This document shows, piece by piece, positions 17,563 to 27,001 of a stretch of DNA of 64,000 nucleotides. Below the pieces are notes generated by a model. The model saw only the letters and a program-made list of their open reading frames with translations. It was not told the DNA's origin and did no database searches. Made by a program: the position numbers and the translations under genes. The DNA is from Candidatus Woesearchaeota archaeon (GTDB taxonomy: Archaea; Nanobdellota; Nanobdellia; Woesearchaeales; JAFGLG01), in assembly GCA_016928155.1 (NCBI GenBank), contig JAFGLG010000007.1, positions 58,973-122,972 on the forward strand, in the 5' to 3' direction. Positions within the stretch are counted from its first letter, which is position 1. The number at the start of each line of letters is the position of its first letter.

Positions 17563-18933
17563 ATGGAAGGCATTGAAGAGACCATAAAAGAATGCATCAG
17601 CGATCCTGAACATTATCCTGATGCAGCTAAAGCCCTGTCAGATCATGTTGCGCCTGGAAATCCCTCACAGCTCCTGCATGCAGCCATGCTCAATGCCATG
17701 CAAGCATATAAGGATTCAAGAAGAAGGAATGGCGAGCTTTCTATTGTGCATCCATTGTGTGTAAGCAGGAAACTATCAGAATTCGGGGAAGACATAGGTA
17801 TAGTCACCGCAGGACTGCTGCATGATCTTCCTGAAGATTTCGGCAAAAGAAATGAGAGAGGATATGCAGTCATGCTTGACAAGGCACTCAAGCAAGCAGC
17901 ACCGGATGAAAGCAATCAAGTTGCAAGGATATCCGCAATACTTGATTCAGTGTCAAAAAGAGGGGCAGAAGACTATTTCACTTACCTAAGAAGAATGTCC
18001 GGGATAAGGGTGAGAAAAAGAGATTTTGAGCATATAAAGAAGATCACAGAAGCACCGATGTCCCTCAAAGGACGCATCGATCCGATTGAATTCTTGCAGG
18101 GTGCAGGAACTTTTACAGGACTGATCTCTGGTACAGAAGACAAACTAGGTTATTTCATAGCAGCAGATGATGACAGGGTGGAACGCCAGATAAGATTCTC
18201 AGAAGAGATCGGCCTGCATTATCATGGGACTCCATTCTCAAGGATAAACCCATTCATCAGAGAGTGGGGATGGACCGGGGCCACGCTCGGCTATATGCTT
18301 CTGACGAACAGAGACGAAGCAGAGGAAGCAAGAAAAGCAAGAGATTTCATCATATCAGAGATCATCAAGCCAGCGCTCAAAATAAAAGCGGTCGATGCAA
18401 TGCATAACCTATCCACAAATGATGTATTCCCCTACATGCATCAGATGTACAGCACATTCAAAGCATGGGCAGTTGCAAGAGAATTCAAGAGAGTATTCAG
18501 ACAAATGCATGATGATCCTGGACCCTACCTGGCAGCACTAGTATCAAAAGGAATAGAAAGCTGCCTTAGGACTAGGACAAGGATGAAAAGAGAATTCAAA
18601 GCCTTATATATGCTTGAACCATTTTATGCCTTGGCAGCTAAGGCTTATGACCTGAAAGGAGGGTTTGACAGGAAGACAAGGAAAGGCGATGTAGGCCTGC
18701 CCTTCTTCCTGGCATGGATAAATGAATGGGATGAAAGAGCTTATGAATATGCAAGATTCATACACAAAACAGGAGAGATACCTGACAATAACTCCATGGA
18801 CAGAAGAAGAGTATTCGGTGATACGATGGCATTCCATTTCCTTTTCAGCAAGCTGGCAAATGTAGAGCATTACCAACCAGACCTGGCCTATACAAAGAGC
18901 CTGACCTCTACTGGTGACATCTTATTGATATGA
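17563..18933 (+). CDS. HD-domain protein, RelA/SpoT (ppGpp-hydrolase) type N-terminus
   Basis: AMQAYKDSRRRNGELSIVHPLCVSRKLSEFGEDIGIVTAGLLHDLPED matches the SpoT/Mesh1 HD signature (H...HP...LLHD..ED). No motif was recognised in the remaining 330 or so aa. Confidence 0.65.
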   Translation: MEGIEETIKECISDPEHYPDAAKALSDHVAPGNPSQLLHAAMLNAMQAYKDSRRRNGELSIVHPLCVSRKLSEFGEDIGIVTAGLLHDLPEDFGKRNERGYAVMLDKALKQAAPDESNQVARISAILDSVSKRGAEDYFTYLRRMSGIRVRKRDFEHIKKITEAPMSLKGRIDPIEFLQGAGTFTGLISGTEDKLGYFIAADDDRVERQIRFSEEIGLHYHGTPFSRINPFIREWGWTGATLGYMLLTNRDEAEEARKARDFIISEIIKPALKIKAVDAMHNLSTNDVFPYMHQMYSTFKAWAVAREFKRVFRQMHDDPGPYLAALVSKGIESCLRTRTRMKREFKALYMLEPFYALAAKAYDLKGGFDRKTRKGDVGLPFFLAWINEWDERAYEYARFIHKTGEIPDNNSMDRRRVFGDTMAFHFLFSKLANVEHYQPDLAYTKSLTSTGDILLI

Positions 18934-19122
18934 CTGTCATGTCGACAAGGCGAGCATACCGGTTATTGAAGAAACAGCCTTTTCATTCCTTGATGCAAGA
19001 TCAGACTTCTTGTCCTTATGCATGTGCTTGAAGGAAGCGATCGCGTCGAAGATGCCCTTATTGGTCTCAAGGGATTTGTTGATTATCCTCTTAGCGGTCT
19101 CTGTCTTCCACTCGAGTCTCTT

Positions 19123-19800
19123 CTACTCAAAGAAAAGCAAGGCCTCATTGAGCTTCTCAAATGAGCTGATGACTCCGGCAGCAAGGAGCTCTGCGTTCAA
19201 TGCATCAATATTCTTGATGAAATGATTGTCTGATTTGGAGAATAGAGGAGGTATCTCATTCAAGGTGTCCTCAAAAGATGACAATGTGAGATAAAGATTT
19301 GAGATCTCACGCTTCCTTGCAACACCCTCCTCGACCTTGCTGAGGAGACGGTCAAGGTTCTGCCTGAAGAGGAGCATCGATGACCTCAACCTGTTAGTCT
19401 TCTCATTCAGGCTGAGAACATAGATCTCGTCGAGTATGATATCCTGCTTGATCGAGACCAGCTTTGATGTCACGAGAGCAAGAAGCAATAGACCGCAGAT
19501 AACCTCAGCGATGGCAACAAGCTTAAGCCAGCCGAATGGTATCATGTCACCAAAACCTGTAGTTGTGGCAGTCACAAAGCTGAAGTATATAGAGTCGAAT
19601 ATTGTCCCGGGTATTGACCTGTCCGGGGTGTAGAAAAGATAGCTTGAATCATCATGCAGATAATAAAATGCAATCCCGAAAAGGATGATAATGATTATCC
19701 AGAGCAGGAGGATGCGGGTGAAGGTAAGCTTGTCTATCCAGCGAGTGAGGCTCTTCCTCTTCATATCCCTAAACATATTATTGATGTCTGTAAAGTGCAT
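19123..19800 (-). CDS. two-TM potassium channel
   Basis: Pore signature SFVTATTTGFGDMIP lies between two TM helices. The C-terminal domain is cytoplasmic and helical. Confidence 0.8.
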   Translation of the reverse strand: MHFTDINNMFRDMKRKSLTRWIDKLTFTRILLLWIIIIILFGIAFYYLHDDSSYLFYTPDRSIPGTIFDSIYFSFVTATTTGFGDMIPFGWLKLVAIAEVICGLLLLALVTSKLVSIKQDIILDEIYVLSLNEKTNRLRSSMLLFRQNLDRLLSKVEEGVARKREISNLYLTLSSFEDTLNEIPPLFSKSDNHFIKNIDALNAELLAAGVISSFEKLNEALLFFE

Positions 19801-20043
19801 AAAATGAGATCATAAGGTCTTGCTTAAAAATCTGGCGGCTCTGATCATACCTTTTGTGATAATCAATAATATGTGCATCTAACCTGTATATGTGGATCTA
19901 ACCTGTATAAAACTATCTTATGATATATCATTCATAATCCATATTTAAATGGAGTATAGACCCTTATAAAGACCTCTAGTTTATGGACACAGCCCACTCA
20001 ATCGAAAGATTTATATATTAGTGGTTCATTTAAGGTAGTTATG

Positions 20044-20060
20044 GTTGACTTAAGGTCAAC
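20044..20060. promoter_or_regulatory. 17-nt palindrome downstream of the hsp20-operon TATA (candidate operator)
   Basis: GTTGAC-TTAAG-GTCAAC lies 26 nt downstream of TATA TTTATATAT (20010-20018). It matches 14 of 17 positions at 43723..43739. Confidence 0.45.
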
Positions 20061-20199
20061 TAGATTGGTTTATTGGGGGTTTTTCCCAAAATCAGAGGTG
20101 GTATCATGAAAGACCGCAAAAAACTGATCTTAAGCCCACTGGAGATAATCCAGATAGTGGAAGCAAACTTAGCAAAACCAACTTAGGAGGTGAACAAAA

Positions 20200-20649
20200 A
20201 TGAATGATTGGGACATCTTTGAACAGATGAAAAGCATGCAAAGAGAGATGGACAGATTGTTCAGCAACTTCTGGGACCGACCTATGCTGGGATATGAGAG
20301 AGACATAACAAGGGAAAGATCGATGGTGCCTGCTGAAACAAGGATGCCTGCCTGCCACATGCAGGAGACAGAGACTGGCATTATAGCTGATATAGAACTC
20401 CCAGGAGCAAGCAAGGATGAGATCGAGCTGAATGTGACAGACGACATGATCGAGGTTAAAGTCGAGCAGAAAAAAGAAAAGAAAGACAAGCACAGCCACT
20501 ACATGTCAAGCCAGCAGTTCTACAGACGAATAGGATTTCCCCAGAAAGTGGATTCCAGCAAAGCAAAAGCTAGCTATAGGAACGGCATACTGAGAGTAGA
20601 AGCACCGAAGATACAGCTGAAGGGAAGCAAGAGACTGCAGATCGAATAA
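20200..20649 (+). CDS. small heat-shock protein (Hsp20/alpha-crystallin)
   Basis: ACD core: GIIADIELPGASKDEIELNVTDDMIEVKV...FYRRIGFPQKVDSSKAKASYRNGILRVEAPK. SD is AGGAGGTGA. Confidence 0.9.
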   Translation: MNDWDIFEQMKSMQREMDRLFSNFWDRPMLGYERDITRERSMVPAETRMPACHMQETETGIIADIELPGASKDEIELNVTDDMIEVKVEQKKEKKDKHSHYMSSQQFYRRIGFPQKVDSSKAKASYRNGILRVEAPKIQLKGSKRLQIE

Positions 20650-20674
20650 ATCCATTTTTTTTCAAGGTGACGAT

Positions 20675-21214
20675 ATGAACAAAGAAAAAGAACATGGAAA
20701 GGAACATGGAAAAGAGCATGAAAAGAAGTATGAAAAGGAGCATGAAAAAAAACAAGCGCCGGACCATGCTGAATGCAACCAGAAGATAGGAGAGCTGACA
20801 CAGGATCTCCAGAGGCTGCAGGCAGAGTTCGAGAACTACAAGAAAAGATGCGACAAGGACAACCAGAGGGAAATAATGAAAGGCCTCGGGGGATTTGTTG
20901 CAAAATTGCTGCCTATCATAGACAGTCTTGAGATAGCAAGGAGAGACTCAGATGGGATAAATCTCATCTATGCACAATTATACTCAATGCTGGAGAAGGA
21001 AGGGCTGAAGAGAATACCCACAGAGAAATTCAATCCATACATGCATGAAGTCATGATGACAGAGGAGACAGAGAATCCAGACGAGGACCATAAGATAATA
21101 GAAGTGTTCCAGACAGGATATATGCTGAGGGACATGATATTAAGGCCAGCAAGAGTCAAGATACGGAAACATGTTCGACCAAACCAGGATCAAGGGCAAA
21201 CCCAAGATAGATGA
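20675..21214 (+). CDS. grpE: nucleotide exchange factor GrpE
   Basis: LQRLQAEFENYKKR...LLPIIDSLEIA...FNPYMHEVMM...GYMLRDMILRPARVKI. Confidence 0.9.
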   Translation: MNKEKEHGKEHGKEHEKKYEKEHEKKQAPDHAECNQKIGELTQDLQRLQAEFENYKKRCDKDNQREIMKGLGGFVAKLLPIIDSLEIARRDSDGINLIYAQLYSMLEKEGLKRIPTEKFNPYMHEVMMTEETENPDEDHKIIEVFQTGYMLRDMILRPARVKIRKHVRPNQDQGQTQDR

Positions 21215-21731
21215 AGAGAAAATCAGGATAACAAGAAAAACCCCTGAAAAAGATATGCTCAGGTATGGAGACTATGACTGCCACGGATGCACACACTGCT
21301 GCGAATACGGAGGAGGCATAGTGCTGGAGCATGAGATCGAGCCCATGGCAAAGAGGCTCAGGATCACAAAAGAGGAATTCAGGAAAGAATACCTCGACGA
21401 GATAGAGAGATTCAACAAGAAAGTGTGGAAGTTCAAGGTCAAGAGCAGGAAAGGACTTCCATTCGGCTCCTGTGTATTCCTGGAAAAGGGATGCAAGATA
21501 CACGATGTGAAGCCACTGTACTGCAGGATAACGACCTGCGGAAAGCTGGCAAGGAAACAGCTGCTCTGGTTTGACATCAACCATCTTGTAGAGCCGACAG
21601 ACCCAGAGGCCATAAGGCAATGGGCGCAGTATCTCCAATACGGGGAGCTCATAGAAGGCGGGGAATTGGAAGAATTGGTGCCTGACAAGGAGAGGCTGAA
21701 GAAAATACTGAGCTATGAGATATTCAAATAA
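21171..21731 (+). CDS. YkgJ-family (UPF0153) cysteine-cluster protein
   Basis: CHGCTHCC plus GSCVFLEKGCKIHDVKPLYCRITTC. It overlaps the grpE 3-prime end. Confidence 0.7.
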   Translation: MFDQTRIKGKPKIDEEKIRITRKTPEKDMLRYGDYDCHGCTHCCEYGGGIVLEHEIEPMAKRLRITKEEFRKEYLDEIERFNKKVWKFKVKSRKGLPFGSCVFLEKGCKIHDVKPLYCRITTCGKLARKQLLWFDINHLVEPTDPEAIRQWAQYLQYGELIEGGELEELVPDKERLKKILSYEIFK

Positions 21732-21755
21732 GATGCATAAGATGAAGGTGATAAG

Positions 21756-22085
21756 ATGAAGATCCAGGTCGAAAGCGAGCAGAAAAGAAAAATATTCCTC
21801 AGACCAGACATGATACTCAAATACCTGATAACAGAAAATGACGAGCTCAACACACTGATAATGTGCGGAAATGCCGAGATAGACTTCAGGATGAGCGACC
21901 AAGGGCTCTACGAAGCGCTCGGGTCGATAAAAGAATATGACGGGTTCAGGCATCCCAAGCTCACAAAGCTGCTCGAGGTAGCTGAGATCATGCCATTCTC
22001 GAAGATGGCCGGGCAGCCCAGGCACATACTCACAGAGGATAAAGTGGAAGAACTGAGGGCAAAAGCCCTCAAGGAAGGTGAATAA
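21756..22085 (+). CDS. hypothetical protein
   Basis: 109-aa ORF inside the chaperone operon, with SD GAAGGTGA. Confidence 0.55.
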   Translation: MKIQVESEQKRKIFLRPDMILKYLITENDELNTLIMCGNAEIDFRMSDQGLYEALGSIKEYDGFRHPKLTKLLEVAEIMPFSKMAGQPRHILTEDKVEELRAKALKEGE

Positions 22086-22087
22086 AG

Positions 22088-22432
22088 ATGGAAAAGAAGA
22101 TAAATCTCACAATAAACGAAGGCGAGGCATTCTTTGCCCATGAGCTCAGTGTGAATTTCAACCCGCTCCAGTTCATGCTCGACTTCAAATGCATAACACC
22201 AAGGATAGACCCGAGGATGAGGGAGAGCATGCAAATGCACATAAAGCACAATGTCATAATGCTCGACCCATACCACCTCAAGCAGATCCTGCCCATGATG
22301 CAGGACTCGCTGCAGAGATATGAGAAGGAATTCGGGAAGATAGAGAAGCCGAAAAGCCTCAAGAAGATGGACAAGAAGCAGACAAAGAAAGAAGATGGCA
22401 CAATAGAAGCAGTGCCGACATATCTAGGGTGA
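22088..22432 (+). CDS. DUF3467-like protein
   Basis: [25 protein letters not shown]...[30 protein letters not shown] follows the DUF3467 pattern as I recall it. Confidence 0.55.
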   Translation: MEKKINLTINEGEAFFAHELSVNFNPLQFMLDFKCITPRIDPRMRESMQMHIKHNVIMLDPYHLKQILPMMQDSLQRYEKEFGKIEKPKSLKKMDKKQTKKEDGTIEAVPTYLG

Positions 22433-22437
22433 TGAAC

Positions 22438-24306
22438 ATGGCAAAAATCATAGGAATAGATCTAGGAACAAGCAACTCAGCAGCAAGCGTACTTGAGGCA
22501 GGAAGGCCTAAGATAGTGCCCAGCTCAGAAGGGACAAGCATGTACGGGAAGGCATTCCCGAGCGTAGTGGCATTCACAAAAGACGGGCAGATGCTTGTCG
22601 GCGAGCCGGCAAGAAGACAGGCAGTCTCGAATCCGGAAGGCACCATCATGGGAGCAAAGAGGAAAATGGGGACGAGCCACAAGTACAATATCCACGGGAA
22701 GCAGCACACACCCCAGCAGATAAGCGCATACATACTGCAGAAGATAAAGAAAGACGCAGAGGAATTCCTGGGAGAGAAAGTGGACAAGGCAGTGATCACA
22801 GTCCCGGCCTATTTCGACGATAACCAGAGGCAGGCGACAAAGGATGCAGGAGCGATAGCAGGCTTGGAAGTCGTCAGGATAATCAACGAGCCCACAGCAG
22901 CAAGCCTGGCATTCGGCATAGACAAGAAAGAGAAGGACCAGAAGATACTAGTATTCGACCTTGGCGGCGGCACGCTTGATGTGACAGTCATGGAGTTCGG
23001 CGACGGGGTCTTCGAGGTCAAGTCGACATCAGGAGACACGCAGCTCGGCGGGCAGGACATGGATGAGGCGATAATAAAATTCATAGTCGATGACTTCAAA
23101 CAGAAAGAGAGAGCTGACCTGAGCAAGGACACTGTAGCGATGCAGAGGGTGAGAGAGGCAGCAGAGAAGGCAAAGATAGAGCTCAGCACAACACTGGACA
23201 CAGACATAAACCTGCCATACATCACAGCAGACCAGAGCGGGCCAAAGCACCTTGTGATGAAGATGAACAGGGCAAAGCTCGAGGAGCTGATAGACCCGAT
23301 AGTCAAGAAATGCAAGGGCCCCCTGGAGCAGGCGCTGAGGGATGCAAAGCTCACAAAGAATGACATAAGCAGGATAATCCTCGTCGGAGGACCGACAAGG
23401 ATGCCTATAGTCAGGGCATTTGTCGAGAACATAATCGGGAAGCAGGCAGAGAGAGGGGTCGATCCCATGGAGTGCGTAGCGATGGGAGCAGCGATCCAGG
23501 GAGGCGTGCTTGCAGGCGAAGTGAAGGATGTTCTATTGCTGGATGTGACCCCGCTTTCGCTCGGGATAGAGACGCTGGGCGGGATATTCACAAAACTGAT
23601 CGAGAGGAATACCACAATCCCCACAAAGAAGAGCCAGGTATTCAGCACAGCAGCTGACAACCAGCCCGCAGTCACAATCAGGGTGTTCCAGGGAGAGAGG
23701 CCAATGGCAAACCACAACAAGCTTCTTGGGCAATTCGACCTTGTGGGCATACCGCCTGCTCCAAGAGGGATACCTCAGATCGAGGTGACATTCGACATCG
23801 ATGCCAACGGCATAGTCAATGTCAATGCAAAAGACAAAGGGACTGGCAAGGAACAGAAGATAACGATAACAGCCACCCAGAAGCTCAGCGACGAAGAGAT
23901 TGAGAAGATGAAGAAGGATGCAGAGGCGCATTCGGACGAGGACAAGAAAAGGAAAGAAGAGATAGAGACCATAAACAACGCAGACACTCTTGTCTATTCT
24001 ACTGAGAAGATGCTTGAAGAGCTGAAAGGAAAGTATGATGAATCAAAGATCAAGGATATAAAGGACAGGATAGCAGAGCTGAAGAAGCTTCTTGAGCCAG
24101 AGAAGAAAGATGTCGGAGCGGTCAAATCCAAAGTGGATGAGATCAACAAGATAGTGCAGGAAGCATCTACTGAACTATACAAGCAGGCAGCTGCAGCCCA
24201 AGAGGCACAGGCTCAGGCAGGAGCACAGGGGCAGGAAAAGGCAAAAGGCCCAGATGAGAAGACAGTGGATGCAGAATACACAACAGAAGACGACAAGAAG
24301 AAATGA
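22438..24306 (+). CDS. dnaK: chaperone DnaK (Hsp70)
   Basis: [31 protein letters not shown] and other canonical Hsp70 motifs are present throughout. Confidence 0.97.
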   Translation: MAKIIGIDLGTSNSAASVLEAGRPKIVPSSEGTSMYGKAFPSVVAFTKDGQMLVGEPARRQAVSNPEGTIMGAKRKMGTSHKYNIHGKQHTPQQISAYILQKIKKDAEEFLGEKVDKAVITVPAYFDDNQRQATKDAGAIAGLEVVRIINEPTAASLAFGIDKKEKDQKILVFDLGGGTLDVTVMEFGDGVFEVKSTSGDTQLGGQDMDEAIIKFIVDDFKQKERADLSKDTVAMQRVREAAEKAKIELSTTLDTDINLPYITADQSGPKHLVMKMNRAKLEELIDPIVKKCKGPLEQALRDAKLTKNDISRIILVGGPTRMPIVRAFVENIIGKQAERGVDPMECVAMGAAIQGGVLAGEVKDVLLLDVTPLSLGIETLGGIFTKLIERNTTIPTKKSQVFSTAADNQPAVTIRVFQGERPMANHNKLLGQFDLVGIPPAPRGIPQIEVTFDIDANGIVNVNAKDKGTGKEQKITITATQKLSDEEIEKMKKDAEAHSDEDKKRKEEIETINNADTLVYSTEKMLEELKGKYDESKIKDIKDRIAELKKLLEPEKKDVGAVKSKVDEINKIVQEASTELYKQAAAAQEAQAQAGAQGQEKAKGPDEKTVDAEYTTEDDKKK

Positions 24307-24315
24307 AGTGACCTG

Positions 24316-24885
24316 ATGAAAGAGACAGAGACAAAATTCCAGCTTCAGGATCCTGGAGCGATGAGGCAGAAACTGCTGAGCATAGGATTCAAGAGCAAGG
24401 GAAGGCATCTCCAGGTCAACAGAAAATTCAATGACAAGGATGACAATTTCGGGCCGCACAAGGGCAGGCTGTTAAGGATAAGGGTGGCGGACAAGTGCAC
24501 GCTCACATCCAAGGCCGGCAAAAGCGTGGAGAAAAACATAAAGACCCTAGACGAATACGAGACAGAGATATCAGACCCTGAAAAGACTGAAAAGATACTG
24601 AACATGCTCGGATTCCACCTGGATGAGGTAATGGAGAAATACCGTGAGGCTTTCCAGAAAAGAGATGTCGAGGTGGTGATAGATGAAGTCCCATTTCTAG
24701 GTGCATGGATGGAGATAGAAGGGGATCATGAATCCATAGAGAGGACAGCAGAAGAGCTGGGCCTTGACATGAAAGACGCCATAAGCAGCAGCTACGGGAC
24801 ATTATGGAGAGGATACAAGGAAAAGCACAAGATTGATATAAGGGACTGCACCTTCGGGGAGAACCATGGCCAAAGACTACTATGA
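24316..24885 (+). CDS. CYTH-domain protein (CyaB-type class IV adenylate cyclase / triphosphatase family)
   Basis: N-terminal ETETKF (ExExK), LLRIRV, YETEI and EVVIDEVPFLGAWMEIEG follow the CYTH beta-barrel pattern. Confidence 0.7.
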   Translation: MKETETKFQLQDPGAMRQKLLSIGFKSKGRHLQVNRKFNDKDDNFGPHKGRLLRIRVADKCTLTSKAGKSVEKNIKTLDEYETEISDPEKTEKILNMLGFHLDEVMEKYREAFQKRDVEVVIDEVPFLGAWMEIEGDHESIERTAEELGLDMKDAISSSYGTLWRGYKEKHKIDIRDCTFGENHGQRLL

Positions 24886-25978
24886 GACACTCGGTGTGAG
24901 CAAGAAAGCGACCCGTGAAGAGATAAAATCCGCATATAAGAAGCTGGCGAAGAAATACCATCCTGATGTCAGCAAGGAGCCGGATGCGGCTGAGAAGTTC
25001 AAGGAGATCAACGAGGCAGCTGCAGTGCTCGGCGATGACCAGAAAAGACAGCAGTATGACCAGTTCGGCACAGCAGACACAAGCGGCTTTGACTTCTCTG
25101 GATTCGAGAGCGCGTTCAGGGGATTCGGCGGATTCGACTTCGACTCCATATTCGATTCATTCTTCGGCGGAGGATTCGGAAGAAGAGAAAGAGGGCCGAG
25201 AAGAGGATCTGACCTGCTCTATACAATGGAGATCAGCCTGGAAGATGCTTTCAACGGGACAGAGAAGACGATAATCATCCCAAAGACAGAGACCTGCACA
25301 AAATGCAACGGCTCAGGAGCAGAATCAGATGCGGACATCGAGACGTGCAACACGTGCAATGGCACAGGGATGGTCAGAAGGACAAGAAGGACCCCATTCG
25401 GCATATTCTCAACAAGCTCAGCGTGCGACAGATGCAGAGGGGAAGGCAGGACCATTAAGAGATACTGCCCTGTCTGCGACGGCAATGGAATTGTCAATAA
25501 AACCAAGAAGATAAATGTCAAGATACCTCAAGGGATCGACAGCGGGAACAGGCTCAGGGTTGCCGGAGAAGGAGAGGCAGGAGAGAAGGGAGGACCACCA
25601 GGCCATCTTTATGTCGAGGTGCATGTCAAGGAGCATAAGCTCTTCGAAAGGAAAGATGATGACCTCTACACAGAAATACCAATAAGCTTTGTCACAGCAG
25701 CTCTTGGAGGGGAGACCCATGTCGATTCATTCACTGGAAAAGTCACGATGAAGATACCTGCCGGAACCCAGAGCCACACATTGTTCAAGGTGAAGGATAA
25801 GGGTATGCCAAGGCTGCAGAGAGGAGGGCACGGGAACCTTCTCGTGAGAACGATGATACAGACACCTACAAAGCTCACTGTCAAGCAGAAAGAGCTCCTC
25901 AAGAAATATGCAGAGGCAGGCGGGGACAAGGTGCAGGAGAAGAAGTTCTTCGACAAGCTCAAGGATGCATTCTCATGA
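24866..25978 (+). CDS. dnaJ: co-chaperone DnaJ
   Basis: J-domain DYYETLGV...KKYHPD, a G/F region, and four CxxCxGxG zinc-finger repeats. Confidence 0.95.
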   Translation: MAKDYYETLGVSKKATREEIKSAYKKLAKKYHPDVSKEPDAAEKFKEINEAAAVLGDDQKRQQYDQFGTADTSGFDFSGFESAFRGFGGFDFDSIFDSFFGGGFGRRERGPRRGSDLLYTMEISLEDAFNGTEKTIIIPKTETCTKCNGSGAESDADIETCNTCNGTGMVRRTRRTPFGIFSTSSACDRCRGEGRTIKRYCPVCDGNGIVNKTKKINVKIPQGIDSGNRLRVAGEGEAGEKGGPPGHLYVEVHVKEHKLFERKDDDLYTEIPISFVTAALGGETHVDSFTGKVTMKIPAGTQSHTLFKVKDKGMPRLQRGGHGNLLVRTMIQTPTKLTVKQKELLKKYAEAGGDKVQEKKFFDKLKDAFS

Positions 25979-26036
25979 TAAGATCAATGATGTTTAATAA
26001 TATGATAATACTAATAATAAGAATATCAAGAATAAT

Positions 26037-26630
26037 ATGATAAGAGCGATAATATTCGACCTTGACGGGGTATACTTTGACAAGGGAAGCGATGATTTCT
26101 ACATAAACATATCAGAGAAGTTCAATGTGCCACTGGAGAAGGCAAAAGAGGCATTCTTCGGGGAAGAGATGAAGCGGCACAAGAGAGGCGAGACCAGCAA
26201 AGAGGAGTATTGGGGCTGGTTCATAAAAGAGCTCTGCATCGACACGACACCAGAAAAGCTGATAGAGATGATGCGCAAGATGTACCATGCGGATGATAAG
26301 ATAAGGGATCTTGTCAAAGATGTCAGGAGAAAGGGCTTCGAGACGATAGTATGCTCAAATAACTTCCAGGAAAGGGTTGATTTCTTAAGAGATGATTTTG
26401 ATCTTGGCAGTGTGTTTGACCATATCTATTTCTCATGCGAACAAGGAATGCTGAAACCAGGGCTCATAGATGTGATGCTTAATGAGACAGGATTCAGGCC
26501 AGAAGAGATACTGCTGATAGATGACATGGAATACAACTTCAAGGGGTTGGATGAGAAGGGGATAAAATACATGCTTTACCAGGATTTCAGCCAGCTGACT
26601 GAATATCTTAAAGAGATAAGCATTTTATAG
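26037..26630 (+). CDS. HAD-superfamily hydrolase
   Basis: Motif I IIFDLDGV, with a later SNN... and LLIDD motif. Confidence 0.8.
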   Translation: MIRAIIFDLDGVYFDKGSDDFYINISEKFNVPLEKAKEAFFGEEMKRHKRGETSKEEYWGWFIKELCIDTTPEKLIEMMRKMYHADDKIRDLVKDVRRKGFETIVCSNNFQERVDFLRDDFDLGSVFDHIYFSCEQGMLKPGLIDVMLNETGFRPEEILLIDDMEYNFKGLDEKGIKYMLYQDFSQLTEYLKEISIL

Positions 26631-27001
26631 AAAATATCAAAAAGCATATATACTTCTTAACTATTGTTAATCAAAACCCCAACCCCCAACTATTTTTTCT
26701 TTTTTGTCAGATACCAGCAGACATGTGTCCTATCTCGCATTCATTAATCGCTTTTTTTGATGTGGCAGAATTTTTCGGGCAACCTTCCTAATCAATCCAT
26801 AATAAGTCAATGATTGGAGTGAATCTTATGTTAATCTTTATTTTTTACTATATAGAAATTAACTCTAATATCAACAAAATTTATAAATAGGTATTACTAT
26901 TATTTAGTAAGAATAAGGCTTCATCCCTAGAAGATGGTGGTTCATCCCAAGCCACTGTAATCTATCGGAAATCTGATGCAAGCCTGACTTAGTCATGCGG
27001 A

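Noticed and set aside
20675-20760. Tandem repeats of about 15 nt (GAACATGGAAAGGAACATGGAAAAGAGCATGAAAAG...)
   Set aside because: They lie inside the grpE N-terminus and encode a KEHGKEHGKEHEKK low-complexity tail. This is not a CRISPR or other non-coding repeat array.
21156-23750. Long minus-strand ORFs (289 aa, 146 aa, 313 aa) opposite the chaperone genes
   Set aside because: They lie entirely antisense to grpE, YkgJ and dnaK, whose identities are unambiguous. The translations are Ser/Leu/Phe/Cys-rich, which is typical of shadow ORFs.
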